Numbered from the whole stretch's first letter, positions 25,430 to 37,645 are shown. The stretch is 58,021 nt of DNA, filler included, from Sphacelaria rigidula (GCA_964200075.2; 9 parts of 9 records of this genome joined end to end with filler, not necessarily neighbours in it), one strand, 5' to 3'. A program made the numbers and translations. The notes: a model not told the origin generated them from the sequence alone.

Positions 25430-25732
25430 GACGCTTTTTACGATAGCCCCTTCCCAAAATCAGCCTAAAAGTGTCACGAGAAAAATGGTCATACAGCGCC
25501 TAATGTTTGGGTTCAGACCACATGAAGCGCCCCATGTGGGCAACATCGGCAAGAACAAACCCAAGCGTGGGAATTCCCAGCTGCTCGTTGTGCTCGGCTT
25601 TTCCCAACTGGATATGGGTGATGGTTTTGCCCCCCCAAACCAGGCACTTTCTGGGGGGGTGTACTCATGATCATGCATGCCATAGTCATCAGAACATTGA
25701 CCTCGCATCCCTACAAAGCCGGGACACTTTTA
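25430..25732. mobile_element. Family A MITE-related repeat
   Basis: Inverted copy of the 2479-2779 interior, followed by a family A terminus GGGTGTACTCATGATCATGCATGCCATAGTCATC. Confidence 0.7.
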
Positions 25733-25832
25733 NNNNNNNNNNNNNNNNNNNNNNNNNNNNNNNNNNNNNNNNNNNNTTAATTAATTAANNNNNNNNNNNN
25801 NNNNNNNNNNNNNNNNNNNNNNNNNNNNNNNN
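25733..25832. other. Artificial contig-joining spacer
   Basis: N44-TTAATTAATTAA-N44. Confidence 0.99.
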
Positions 25833-25990
25833 CGTCACACAAATCCAGTCGACTATTTTGTTTATTCACGCTCTCACGCTTTCCACGGTGGAAATTATAC
25901 ATTTCGAAGAAAAAACCCAACGCATCGGGATTCGAACCCCGTTCTCTCCACCCTAATGGCGAAATTCGGACCATTACACCACCGGGGCGA
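25833..25990 (-). mobile_element. tRNA-derived SINE (family S2), 5' part
   Basis: Minus strand reads GCCCCGGTGGTGTAATGG...GGGGTTCGAATCCCGATGCG (A and B boxes). The downstream body is homologous to 42455-42615. Confidence 0.7.
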
Positions 25991-26056
25991 ATATATATAC
26001 TTGTATATACATGTGTGCGCGAGAACTCCCCACTCTGACTGTTGAAACGTTAAATA

Positions 26057-27019
26057 TTGCACAGAACTAAGTTCTTGTACACATACGCTTTGTTGCATGT
26101 CGTGCGGGCAAGTAGTGAAAAACCTGCGTGCCGTCTGCTGTCATCGCACCCGGCACATGCCACAACTGTGGTTGACAGAAGCTGTCGACCGACAGGCGTA
26201 GAATCCGCAGTGCCGATGTCAAATATAAGGGCTATTGCTGGCGGCCACCGCGGCGACAAATCCGCAGTAGTAGGAGATGAGCCCAGTACCCAATCGTATG
26301 GAAAGCACAGGGCGATCGCTCTTTTCTATGACTCTGGGGCGCCTGGCGCGGTGGTCGATGGGGTACCCATGCAAACCGAGGGGGCGTTGGATGGGGGCGA
26401 GGGCCGGCGAAGCTCGCAGAGTGAAAGAGTAGAGAGTCGAACGCCCAGGGAACGCATGGCGCACACAGTCTTCAGTACCTGCGCGGCGGAGGTGAACTCA
26501 CGGGAGCTATCGGCATCCACTGCGCCGACGACAATCTGCCACGAAGTGGGCACCCCAACTCGCGAAGTCCGAGAAACTACCGGCGGGATACCCTGTGAGG
26601 TGGGGACTTCTACTCCAATTTGGAACACAAATAAAAGACGCGCCCCGCCTGGATCTGGTAGAGGCACATCTTCGCATGCCCACATCTCGGCGTCAAGACG
26701 GAAGAGAAACATGATCAACCACCCAGATGTGAGTAGCGCATGGGGAGCATGGGCTGAGCAGCAGGAGGCTGCATCGCAGCACAGGGATCGAGGAAAGGAA
26801 CACGCGCTCAAGGCATTACCTTCTCCTCAGGTGGCTACGACACCCGTTTCCCCGTGCAACGCATCACTGGAGCCTCCACTCGGGTCGCCGGACACAAGCC
26901 GAACTCTGCAGCCGGGATCTGGATCAGAGATTCGGATTCAGAATGCAGCGGGTCCGAGAGAGAGAGAGGACTCGGCATCGGAAGCGGGGGACGACAATGG
27001 GAAATATTTCACGTTCTGA
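26057..27019 (+). CDS. Long open frame, probable large exon of an unknown low-complexity (S/A/P/G/T-rich) protein
   Basis: Longest ORF in the window (320 codons), GC-rich, no recognisable domain; exon borders uncertain. Confidence 0.4.
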   Translation: MHRTKFLYTYALLHVVRASSEKPACRLLSSHPAHATTVVDRSCRPTGVESAVPMSNIRAIAGGHRGDKSAVVGDEPSTQSYGKHRAIALFYDSGAPGAVVDGVPMQTEGALDGGEGRRSSQSERVESRTPRERMAHTVFSTCAAEVNSRELSASTAPTTICHEVGTPTREVRETTGGIPCEVGTSTPIWNTNKRRAPPGSGRGTSSHAHISASRRKRNMINHPDVSSAWGAWAEQQEAASQHRDRGKEHALKALPSPQVATTPVSPCNASLEPPLGSPDTSRTLQPGSGSEIRIQNAAGPREREDSASEAGDDNGKYFTF

Positions 27020-28490
27020 TTTCAGTCTGTGGTGAATTTTGGGGCCGTTCTTTCCTGTAGATAGATTGCGCAAACGGTTCTGTATAACTCGAGGATGTTT
27101 TTTTCCAGGCTATAGTCATGAGCCGCGTCTCAGGTACATGGTGATCATGGTTCGTGCATGTGCGGTGCACGGTGGGGTGCAAATGTGTATTGGGGGTGAT
27201 CTGGCTCCGCCCGCCAGTCAATCAAGTGAGCGTTTCAACGGCAGACGACTGACCTGAACAACACCATCGTATGCCAGTCAACCTTTTGGTTTACCGTGCA
27301 GCACTACCAACGCTCGCGTCTCGACGCTATGGCGTTCGTGCCAGGACACAACTGCGGACACAACTGCCGGGAATCATCCGTATCACTATTATGTTGAACG
27401 GTCGGAAGAAAAAATAGGGGGTGGTTTTCTTCGCCACACTCTTGCCGATGTCGTCGATACGGTACCATCTGCACCGGAACGGCGGGTCGTGTCACCACGT
27501 GTCTTGCGCATCACACATTGTGTCGATTTTCGCAACGTTTCATGTAAACCGCTTATTATGGCAAACACAACAGGGTGAACGACTTTTTTTCTTCTCCTTC
27601 ATCGTTTTGGGCGCAAGTGATGGCTGGGCGGATGTTGCCCCCTCGGTTTACCTTGCGTTCATCGTTGGAAAATCTATCACGTCACATGAACGTATTCAGG
27701 TGCTTGTATCTTGTTTGTCCTGCCGCAGTTGTACGTTTGTCGAAGAACTATGAACGTCAGTCGAGTTTAGAATAAAGTGGTGGTCAGTTGTAGAAATCCA
27801 CGACAGCTACCACCTAGTGTCGACTGTTGTTGACCAAAAGTGGTTGTCAAGTGGAAACAAATATGCGACTACCGGAAAATGCGAAGGTGACACGGATTGT
27901 TCCACCGGAATTGACCATCTTGGCAGAAGAGTGTATGTGTATAGAACAGAAATCTGCCACGACCAGAAAAAACCAAGGTATCCTCCATTTTTTCTCCCCA
28001 CGAGTATAGGAAGCCATTGGAAACCGTCGATAACCCCCTACCTCCCTTTCGGACGCAAAATGATACAGATGAACAAAAAAATAGTGCAACGAGCTCGGCG
28101 AGCAGTAAATCCCGATTTGCCTCTCACACCGTAAGCTATCTAGTTTTCGAAATCAGACCGCCTTCAGCATATCGGTATGGCCTGCCGACCAACTTGGTAA
28201 CGCACGGGGCCGCCGCTGAATGAAAAACAACGAAAAAATGTACTGCATAATGCATCACCTAACCGACGGAACAAATAGAAGGGCATCCGTCGGGATTCGA
28301 ACTCATGACCTCCATAATTGGACTCAACTGCAGCGCTTGGATTTAATGAGCGCAGCCGTGCTACACAAGAAGATGGATGCTGCGCCAAATTTCTGGAAGT
28401 TTTGGTCGCAATTGCACCAGGATCTCCTCCAGTGGAGGACGCACAACTATAGTAGCGATGCCCACGTATTCATTTTTTTTCACGGGGTTA

Positions 28491-28975
28491 GGCCGCTTCT
28501 TATAAACTGAAAAAAAATCTGTGCGAGAACTACCCTTTTGAGCCTTTCATCACGGATTATTGGCGGAATACGGGCCTTGGCGGATTTGGCCCCCTCGGAC
28601 AGACTTGCTGTATTTTTCACGAGGATTCCAGCACGCTTGTTCGATATTTCGTACTCCCGGTTTTACTCTTGGCCGGATTTTGGATTTTTTCAGTCACATG
28701 GAAAAACTTCGTTCGAGTTGTCGTGGAAAAGTACGTTTTTTTTCCCGACAAGTGGACAATTTTCGCGGCGACTGCAAAATTCCAGAATCCGGACGAGAGT
28801 AAAACTGCGAGTACGAAAAATCGGACAAGCGCGCTGTAATCCTCTTGAAAAATACAGCAAATCTTTCTGAGGGGGCCAAATCCGCCAAGGCCCGTATTCC
28901 GCAAATAATCCGAGGTGAAGGGTTCAAAAGGGCACTTCTCAGACAGATTTTTTTTTCAGTCTAAAAGAAGCGGCC
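28491..28975. mobile_element. 485-bp foldback MITE with about 200-bp TIRs, TA-flanked
   Basis: TA|GGCCGCTTCT...AGAAGCGGCC|TA. Arms at about 28491-28690 and 28776-28975 are reverse complements, which is why near-identical ORFs appear on both strands. Confidence 0.85.
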
Positions 28976-31900
28976 TACAGCGTTTTTCTAGTTTTTGGAG
29001 AAAGTGTAAATCGCTTGAAGTGCATATATATATATATTTTATTTTTTCTTGGCATCCCCGGGAAGGTTGTGCGTTGGGATGATATAAATATTGTGTCAAT
29101 ATTTCAGCGCCCAACGCTTCGAATTACCCAACACTCGGCCCGGATACATTCGCAAATCACTGTCAGCCGGCCCAGCTCGTACAGTATTTTTTTGCGTTGT
29201 TCGTTTGCCATGAGAACTGACCTTGGACGTGGAGGGGTCCCGGCGTCGCTGACGACAGTATGCTTGTGTTTGCACGCTATGTTTTGGGCAGCGACCTCGC
29301 GCGCCACCGTAGCTATAACGGCATGCACCTGCTTGAACTATCTTCTCTGCTGACGGGCAACGCTGTTGTTTCCATGAAAGAGGGTGGGAGAATATATTTA
29401 CGACTACGAACACAATTAAACGCGGCGATTTTGCCGCCGGCTCCTTTTGGATACCGACTTTCTCTGTACTCAGGAGTATCTGATGCGCTTTCCCACCGCA
29501 TCTCATGTGTCCCAAGACCCACCACCGAGATGGCAATATCTCAATACACATAGCAGCTGCAAAGACAAATCAAATTGCTCTGTGTAGCTAAGATGCATCT
29601 CTATCAGCCATCGACGTCACGGCTGCGCGTATCCTTGCCGTGGATGAAAGTGTTGATGTATAGTAAGGTTCATCTTCCGCGATTTCCGCACGATCCCGAG
29701 AATAAATCAGCGCGAGTTGGATGTTAAATGATGGCTATTAGTAATTCGTACTTGCCTCTTTCGTTTCAGCGGGCTGGTGGTCGTGCATCACGAGTTATCT
29801 GCGATCGCGTGTAGGTCGGTCATATTGGAAAATGGCTTCTGGGCTTGTACAGATTTCCGTGGCCTTTTTCCCGGTTATCCGTCGATCGTTCGTGTGCTGT
29901 ACTGGATGGTTTGAACCGGATTTCGACGGAGTGGTAGTGTAGGGTAAGTATTACAGCTGTGAATCAGAATAGTTGTCATTTTTCTGCCTTGTCAACTTAT
30001 TTCATTTCACCAAGTCGCGTTTTGGGGGTAAGGTGAACAACGTGACACTAAACTGGGCGTAACACTGGCTTTGGGGTGGATAGGTAGATCAAGAATAGAA
30101 AACAACGAAAAGCAGCTGATTTCAGTTTAATTATTTCATGACTACGACTGTAATGTGAAGACGGTACTGTCATGTGCTGCCGCTCCACCAAGTTGATACC
30201 CCAGCCAAGCCCCAGCCGACTTCCTCTACCGCCTCCTTCTCTCCAATAATTTCTTCCCAACCTCAGGCGTAACTGGCCAGGTGAGAGTTATCTCATGCCC
30301 ATCAAGGTCTATGTAATCAGCTGCGAAGGTAGTACAGGTAGGTATTACCAAACACATGTGCTCGTCCTCACCTACAGAGCTAGTCTAGGATGCTCTGTGT
30401 GTGTTTTTAGTAACATGCTGCCGAACTTGGTTTGTACACATCCGGTCGAGGTTATCTATCTTGCATTCGGCCATCTGCACTAAAGATAATTGTCTCCCTC
30501 GTTCTGGAATTTCATTCTAGACCTAGAACTACCTGTGTGCGATCTTGTCGTGTATTGCATACATACATACCCCTTTACCCTTTCCGTCCGACACGGGGAA
30601 ACAAATTGTTCCGAATCTCGAAGCGGATGATCTGGGTGATGACCGGGCCTTTATACACTATCTGAGTCCAACATCTAGGGGTATGCACCCAAACTCAAAG
30701 CGAGCAAGAAATGCGTACATCAACGCGTGAAATGCACACAAGTGAGGAGTGGGAACGGTTTTTGCTCCCGCGCTCGCAATTATATCCGCAATAGACTCAG
30801 GAGTCGAATGGCGAGGGAGGTGGCATCAACTCTTGTGTCCCCAGCCCCACGATCAACCGAGCGCGCGATCGGATGGAGGGTTGTTAGATGAGAGAATGAC
30901 GCCCATGATCTCAATCAACGACGGAGATATTGGAGTATCGAAAGGATGCATTCACTCCATGCATAAGTCACTGGTCAGCGTCAGCACTACAATACATGAG
31001 TACAGTACACAGGCGGCGGTGAAACGCAGCGCAGTACCTCACCGCACCGCACTGCGCTGTAGTCATGTATAAATCTACATCTGACCTCATCACCAACAGA
31101 TGTGTCTACCGACTCGAAGTTATGGCACCAACGACATTTGTTGGAGACTGATGGCAAAAAGCGTTCCAGTACACCACAGCATACGAGTATAAACTGGGAG
31201 ATGTGCCATCAGAAGCTATTACCAAAACAGGTGTGCACCCGTTTGTTTGCGGTAGCTGCAGGCGGTTTGTGCCCCCGACGACGCTTCTTCCAGTCCTGGC
31301 TAGGGATGGTGAGCAGGGCTGGTCCCTGCCATTGCTTCATTTGGCAGCTGTCGCGTACACCCGCTTTACCTGATCTCCCAGCTGCCTCTCGGTGTTGGTC
31401 AGATGGTGTAGCCATGAGTTGTGTCTCCCGAACTGATGTGGCCTAAATTCGGGGGGCTTCACCTAGATAGGCTTACACGAGTCTCAAATCAAATGCTGGA
31501 CGAGCCCAGCAAATTATGTGTTTTCTGGACAAAACATCAAGCGGAATGTACCCCGGAAGGACTCGAGTGGACAAAACACGTCACCCATATCTTATTTCCC
31601 TCTCTGTGTGAGATCACTTGATCATCGTATGATGTTCTTTTCCCTGCATATCGCACTTTTTTTTGTCAATGAACGTGGGATGATTTTTTTCAGTTTCATG
31701 TCGCTGGCCGCGTATTCACCCTACCCCCCGCTGATGTGATTGGTTCATGCCCACGAAGAAAACATGTTATGTCAACAGAAAGTTCAGGTATTTCTATCAC
31801 GGGGTGGGACCCAAAGGGGTTAAGGGCCTGTCTTAACGAAAGGGATAATCACCTTTTTCACAATCCCCTTCTTTTGACAGGGGATTGGCCCCATAACGAC

Positions 31901-32190
31901 TAGCCCCGGGTCCTATCGACAAGCAGTTTTGTAGATGTTGGAACCCAGATCTGCACGCAGATTCAGAACCGCGGCGGGTCTACAAGTGGTCCTTAGTCCA
32001 TGCAGGTCCAAGGTCTTTGTAATGGTGCAGACAAGACACAACAAGGCAACACAACACCTACACACCCAGCCCCGAGAAAACACGCACAGACACCCACCAC
32101 TCACGCGCATTAGTTTCAGTGCTAGCCCTTGCTGATCTTCACACGACAGTCTTTGTTTCACAGAAATCCGTTCTGTGTTGGACGAATGGC

Positions 32191-32290
32191 NNNNNNNNNN
32201 NNNNNNNNNNNNNNNNNNNNNNNNNNNNNNNNNNTTAATTAATTAANNNNNNNNNNNNNNNNNNNNNNNNNNNNNNNNNNNNNNNNNNNN
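32191..32290. other. Artificial contig-joining spacer
   Basis: N44-TTAATTAATTAA-N44. Confidence 0.99.
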
Positions 32291-32660
32291 GGCCCGAAGC
32301 CTACTGATTATCTTGCATTTGGATGACAGCCTACGATAAGTTGCTTCATTTTCTGGTATGGCCACTTCCAGAGACAGCAACGGCTTATACACTGCCTCAT
32401 GGGTGTCTCACCATTTCAAAACTGCGTAGTGCGATCATCCCCATTGTGCGGAGTTGAGGTTCTGCCACGCCGCACAACATGATCTAGCTCGACCACCATC
32501 ATGGTTACCGCAAAAAAAGAACGCAAGCGCGCGCAAAAAAACCCCGGTAACCTGATCACATAGCTTACGCAGTGAGTGGCGTGTTTTACAGCGTCATCGC
32601 TAACCGACGCCAACCCCATCGGGGACGGAGCACGCCGGGTTCTCGCCGGACCAGGCTATA
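32291..32660 (-). mobile_element. Family A repeat (long form)
   Basis: Reverse complement of 7650-7975. Confidence 0.75.
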
Positions 32661-33269
32661 TTGTAGGATACTGTACGAGGGTGGGGATCAAGATGGGTTG
32701 ATCTGTCCCTTGAAAGATCTACTACGGATGCATCCCGAGGAAGGGTAGGGGTTCAAAAACGCACGACGGATACAGAAAAAGGAAAAAAGGAAGAGAAGAG
32801 AAAATCGAAGCCAACGAAAAAATGAGTGCTTCAGAAGGCGGAGTGCCACTCTTTTTTATTCTTGTCTAAGGCTACGTGTTGTGTATAAAAAAATCCTACG
32901 AAAAAACGCGTTTTCTGATATTTGACCGAAAACCCACTTTTTATGTGATCAGGAAAAGCGTTTTACGATAATAAATTTTCTGATAATGTTTCCGACAGCC
33001 CAAAGTTATCAGGAAATCGTGATCATCACATAAGCTTGGGCTATCGAAAAATGTTATTGAAGAAGCGTTTGAACACACCTTAGAGCCCACGACAGCACCT
33101 GTGATGGCTTGGCTGCCATCAGTACTGCTGTCGCTGGTGCTCGCGGGCATTCAGCGTGTTGCGTCATTGTCGTTCGCTCGCCAGTAGCGTGGTGGCCCTT
33201 TACCCCATGAGAACAGCAGAGGGCAGGATCGATGACGAGTGCCGTACAGATTGGACAGTGTATTTGTAG

Positions 33270-33745
33270 TCCGTACAAAATTGCAGCTCAGTGCAGGTCT
33301 GTGCACGGAGCGTGTTGCGACCAGCCGTCGCAATGCTTTACAGACTGCCCACGTACTCGAGCCTTGTAGAGATAGGACCGGACTGATAGTGCACACAGGA
33401 CTAAAAGATAAGTAGAGCTACTACTGTTGTACATCCAATGCATACAACACAGTATTGTCTGTACTGTTGTCCGTGCTGTCCGTACAATCGAGTACCACGG
33501 TGCAGCGAAATTGCAGCTCACTTCAGGTCTGTGCATGCAGCGTGTTGCGAACAGACGTCGCTTTGCAGAACAGAATGCCCACGCACCCAAGCCTTGTAGA
33601 TACAGGACCATACTGAAAGTACACACAAGACCATAAACAGTGCTACTGTTGTAGTACTACAGCCATTGCGTACAATGAAGCACTGTCTGTACTGTTGTCC
33701 GTGCTGTCCGTTCAATCGAATACTACGGTGTAGCGGAAAAGCTCA
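33270..33745. repeat. About 230-bp diverged tandem repeat (2 units plus fragments)
   Basis: AAATTGCAGCTCA..CAGGTCTGTGCA..AGCGTGTTGCGA..GCCTTGTAGA..TGTCTGTACTGTTGTCCGTGCTGTCCGT recurs at 33278 and 33508. Confidence 0.8.
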
Positions 33746-34310
33746 ACCGTCAACTCTACAGTCACTTGGTACAGCAAGGAAGTGTTCTTATTGCTCGTCT
33801 CGCGTCACGCAGCCCACCATGTATTGCTCGGTCAATATATTACAATAGTACAGACAGACAGTGCGGACCGTACACCACGACACGGCAGCAGCGTGTTGCG
33901 TCTCTCTCGCGCAAAGGGTATGACTCTTGCTAGAGTCATACCCTTCGCTCTCGCGCGTCCCAGAATTTGAAATTATGCCCACACGCCTTGTAGAGAACGA
34001 TGAACACTACTTCTCCAATGTTGAGATAGCGTCAATCACGTAAGAAGAGCTACTTCAAACAGTTATGTTGAAAAACGTGCTGTTGAAAAAGGGCTTGATC
34101 GAGAACGGGGTTTTTGATGCACAAGAAGTAGCCTAATTCCTTTGCGATACGAAAGAAAAATGTACGTTCACCGTGAGCAAGGCGCCCGACGCACCGTCAC
34201 AAGATCTCGTTTTACCGAAAAAGCTGCAGTAGTGCAGTAGAGAGTTTGTCTCAGTTCAGCGCCAAAACATCCATGGTTGACATTACTTGAAAATAGTCGG
34301 GGCACTTTTT

Positions 34311-34460
34311 GTTACACGTCAAAAGTTAAGCGTCGGGCCAGGCTAGTACTACGATGGGGGAACCACGTGGGGAGCCCTCTTCAAAGTCGAGGCAAATCAG
34401 GGTTCCCCACGCGGTTTCCCCCACAGTAGGACTAGCCTAGCTTAACCTTTGACGTGTAAC
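34311..34460. repeat. 150-bp hairpin (MITE-like inverted repeat)
   Basis: GTTACACGTCAAAAGTTAAGC..AGGCTAGT..GGGGGAACCACGTGGGGAGCCCT pairs with AGGGTTCCCCACGCGGTTTCCCC..ACTAGCCTAGCTTAACCTTTGACGTGTAAC. Confidence 0.8.
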
Positions 34461-34529
34461 GAATCTGGTGACACGTAACGATAAATGCCCTGAAAATAAT
34501 TGTAGACACTGATATTTAGATCTTTGGAG

Positions 34530-34975
34530 GGACTGGCAGTCCCGAGTGCTTCGTACAGTAGCGTGTGCGCAAAACGCGTTTTTTTTGTCTACATCGGTGC
34601 CGCTATGGGCCCCAAATCGAGGTCTGCCAACGCACACTTTGTCTAGGGCACCCTTTGCACCCTTCGTGCCCGAAGATTGACTCCGCCGAGATAGCCTCCC
34701 CCCCCCCCGAACCGGCCAAAAAAAATGCACGGAGGCGATAATCGTGAATGCCATTGGATCTGGTTTCGTGGTGCACGGCGCGACTCACTTGGGCGTTTTA
34801 GCTGATTTCAGACTGCTACACGCCTCTCATGTGGACGAAATTGCTGCAAACTCGCCCAATAGTGGGATCGCAGACGATTTGTCAGACGGCCTACGGTGCA
34901 ATTCTTGTGGGGGGGCTATTTCGGCATTAGTCGGTTCTGGGTAAATGTTATACGTTGGGGTTAGGGTTAGCGTCA
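34530..34975 (-). mobile_element. Family C repeat interrupted by a nested family B MITE (34676-34935)
   Basis: 34530-34675 plus 34940-34975 together match 36552-36762 in reverse complement. The intervening block matches 5813-6067. Confidence 0.65.
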
Positions 34976-35168
34976 TTTCAAAAATGTGTCAAGCGTGGAT
35001 ATTTTTTGGCGCCGAACTGGCGATAAGTCCGTCTCGGAAGATGTGGATGAACCATGATGCTTGTAGTAGCGGAAATTCGAGGTATTCGACAGGGTGTGGG
35101 TGTGCACTGATTCAATCCTTGGATATTACAAAATGTCGGGTATGCACGACACGGCGGGATGACTATTT

Positions 35169-35338
35169 CACACCCTGGGCAACATATGGTCAATAGATGC
35201 CATAGACGAGAAGTGTACTGCATAAAGTGTAGGCTTATTGCAACTATTGCCGGCGGACAATAGTCGCAATAGGCGTGTGCTTTATGCAGTACGTTCCTTG
35301 TCTATTGCAACTATTAACCATATATTGTTCAAGGTGTG
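35169..35338. mobile_element. 170-bp palindromic MITE with an 8-bp TSD (GACTATTT)
   Basis: CACACC...GGTGTG ends, near-complete self-complementarity, GACTATTT on both flanks. Confidence 0.9.
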
Positions 35339-35359
35339 GACTATTTCCACGTTGTATTC

Positions 35360-35650
35360 CGTAGAGTTCGAGTATGTTCGATAGGGTATAGGATTCCAAA
35401 CGCAACTTGCAGAACCCGTCAAGTACGGTATGGAGATTGCACAGAAACCGTTACTCGCAACTAAGTATTTCTGCAAGGATATACCCGTACCATGGGTAAG
35501 TGTAAACATTTCGTACACATCATGAAGGAACCGTCGGGTACCGGTATGAGAGGCTTACAGAACTCACAGAACTGCCGGGTACGGGTGATACCCAGGTAAA
35601 TACTCCGGGTATACAAAAACCGTACCCTGCAGGGCACAGCCTTGGATTCT
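35360..35650 (+). repeat. Dispersed CAGAAC..GGGTACGGGT-module repeat
   Basis: Repeated CAGAAC and GGGTAC modules. Its end (CGGGTATACAAA..GTACCCT..CACA(G/A)CCTTG) matches 18550-18605. Confidence 0.55.
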
Positions 35651-36551
35651 TTCAAGACTACGGGTTCGTTCCGAAGAGGGGGAAGGAGGGGTCAAAGAAC
35701 CTTGCGAACGAGAAAATGCGAAAAGAGCACATGTCGCAGCAGCACTTCATGTTGATGATTTTTTAGACGGGCATTCGTGACTGATCTAAGGGAGTTGAGG
35801 GGCAATGACAGGTACCTAATGCCGTTAGATGTCGTTGTCCACACGCGCGCTGCTACATGATGCATGCAACGTTTTTTTTCGTCCCTTGGCCGATAGGTCC
35901 GGGTAGTAACTGGCATGGTGATGTAAAAGGGGTGCCTGTAGATCATTGCAATTATTGTATGATTATATCGGAGATGGGTATGCAGAGCAGATAGCACAAC
36001 ACAGTAGTACTGCTGGGTGTGTGTGTGTGGGGGGGTGTATGCCAGTACTACCTAGAGTTCTTTAACCGCTACTCAGCTTTCTGAGTACATGGTTGAAAAA
36101 TACTCGTGCGTGTGTGTGTGAAAAGGTGGTTCCTTGACAGACGCTTGTGGGAATGTGTCCCTTTTATGAGGTGGTTCCTACGTTCATATTCGAATATTTA
36201 CAGGGGTTCACAATCCCATAGGGTTAGGTAGGTTTCAACGGTCGGACAAATAATGACTCGTCTGGAAATTACTTGGTTTTAGTATACTTGATTCGACTGG
36301 TGACGAATCAATCCCTTGGCTTTATTTTCAGCGTTGCAACCCAGGTACACGCAGCTCAGACACGTGGAATGGCGCAAAAGTTGCGTGGATACTCCTTGGA
36401 CCAGCGGTCAACTTTTTCCTCCGTTTTGGGCAATCAGGCCGAAGAAATCGTGAATTTGGTGATTCCTAGTCGTGATGATCCGTCCTAACCGTGGTAGGTT
36501 TGCTCCAGTTCAGTTCGACGTCGTTATATTCATGGCTGACATACTTGTTCA

Positions 36552-36762
36552 ATAACGCTAGCCCTAGCCCTAACCCTATCCCTAACACAACACAACACAT
36601 GTACCGAGAGCCCTCAGGCAAGGGGGGGATGCAAACGGTGATCTAGGGGAAGTGTGCGCGTTGACAGACCTCAAATCAGCGCCTGTGCCTGTGGTGGCCC
36701 CTAAGTGGGACAAACTTGCCTTCTGCGCACGCAACTGTACAAAAGCACTCGGGACTGTCACT
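36552..36762 (+). repeat. Family C repeat with a telomere-like CCCTA(A/G) tract
   Basis: GCTAGCCCTAGCCCTAACCCTATCCCTAAC followed by the family C core. Confidence 0.65.
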
Positions 36763-36894
36763 TGGCCCCACTGAAGATGCGAATCTTGGTGTTCACAACT
36801 CAACTCAAGTTAACTGTCAACCATGGATGGGGATGGCTCCGAACTGGGACAGACTATATTTCCTGCCCGAGCCTCTCCCCCTCCCCTCCCTGGT

Positions 36895-37200
36895 GGTGAA
36901 ACACCCATGAGACAGTGAATTAGCCGTTGCTGTCTCTGGAAATGGCGATACCAGACAATAAATCAACTCATTGTAGGCTCTTATCCAAATGCAAGATAAT
37001 CAGTAGCCTTCGGGCCGAACAATCTTAGCTGGATGCAGCTCACCCTTCATGCGGTTCGCCGAACACATTACGGCGCTTCGTGCTTGGTGTTTGAGTGCGA
37101 GCCTGGTCCGGCGAAAATCCGGCGTGCTCTGCCCCGGCTTTGTAGGGATGCAAGGTCAAAGGTCTGATGACTATCGCATGCATGATCATGAGTACACCCT
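36895..37200 (+). mobile_element. Family A repeat, right half with terminus
   Basis: Matches 7855-8120; ends CATGCATGATCATGAGTACACCCT. Confidence 0.75.
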
Positions 37201-37459
37201 CTCCTCTCCTCCCCCCCGCCCGTTTCAGCTCGAAGCAGCGCCGCAGGCGGTGTGTTGAGCTCTGCTGACACTCATACTTTGCTCAAGGAATTGTGTATAC
37301 TCTATCCTCTTTTTTCCCGAGGGCTCTCTGTTTACCTCGGTTTAGGGTTGGGGTTGGGGTTAGGCTCGGGGTGTTTTAACGAAAAACAACGTATATTCTT
37401 CAGTGATGGATTTGGAAGATTGGATTGGAGAGAACCCCCCTCCCGCTACCTCCCGTACC

Positions 37460-37645
37460 CCTCCCGGCCTGCTCCGTCCCGGCTTTGTAGGGATGGACCC
37501 CCCTGTGGGGTTGGCGTCGGTTGGTAATGATCCTGGAAAATGCGCCACTCACTGCGTAAGCTGTTACAGGCAAATGGGTTATCGCTTTTTTTTGCGCGCT
37601 TGCGTTTTTTTCGATGGTAGCCATGACGATGGTCGAGCGACGAGC
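37460..37645 (+). mobile_element. Family A repeat fragment
   Basis: Matches 7650-7780. Confidence 0.65.

Noticed and set aside
25915..25990. Functional tRNA gene (also 12917-12990, 28283-28350, 42540-42615)
   Set aside because: A/B boxes are present but acceptor and D stems do not pair, and the S1 and S2 heads recur as diverged dispersed copies, as expected for SINEs.
36552..37365. True telomere
   Set aside because: TTAGGG/CCCTAA tracts are only 3-5 degenerate units, internal to contigs, and at 36552 attached to a dispersed repeat.
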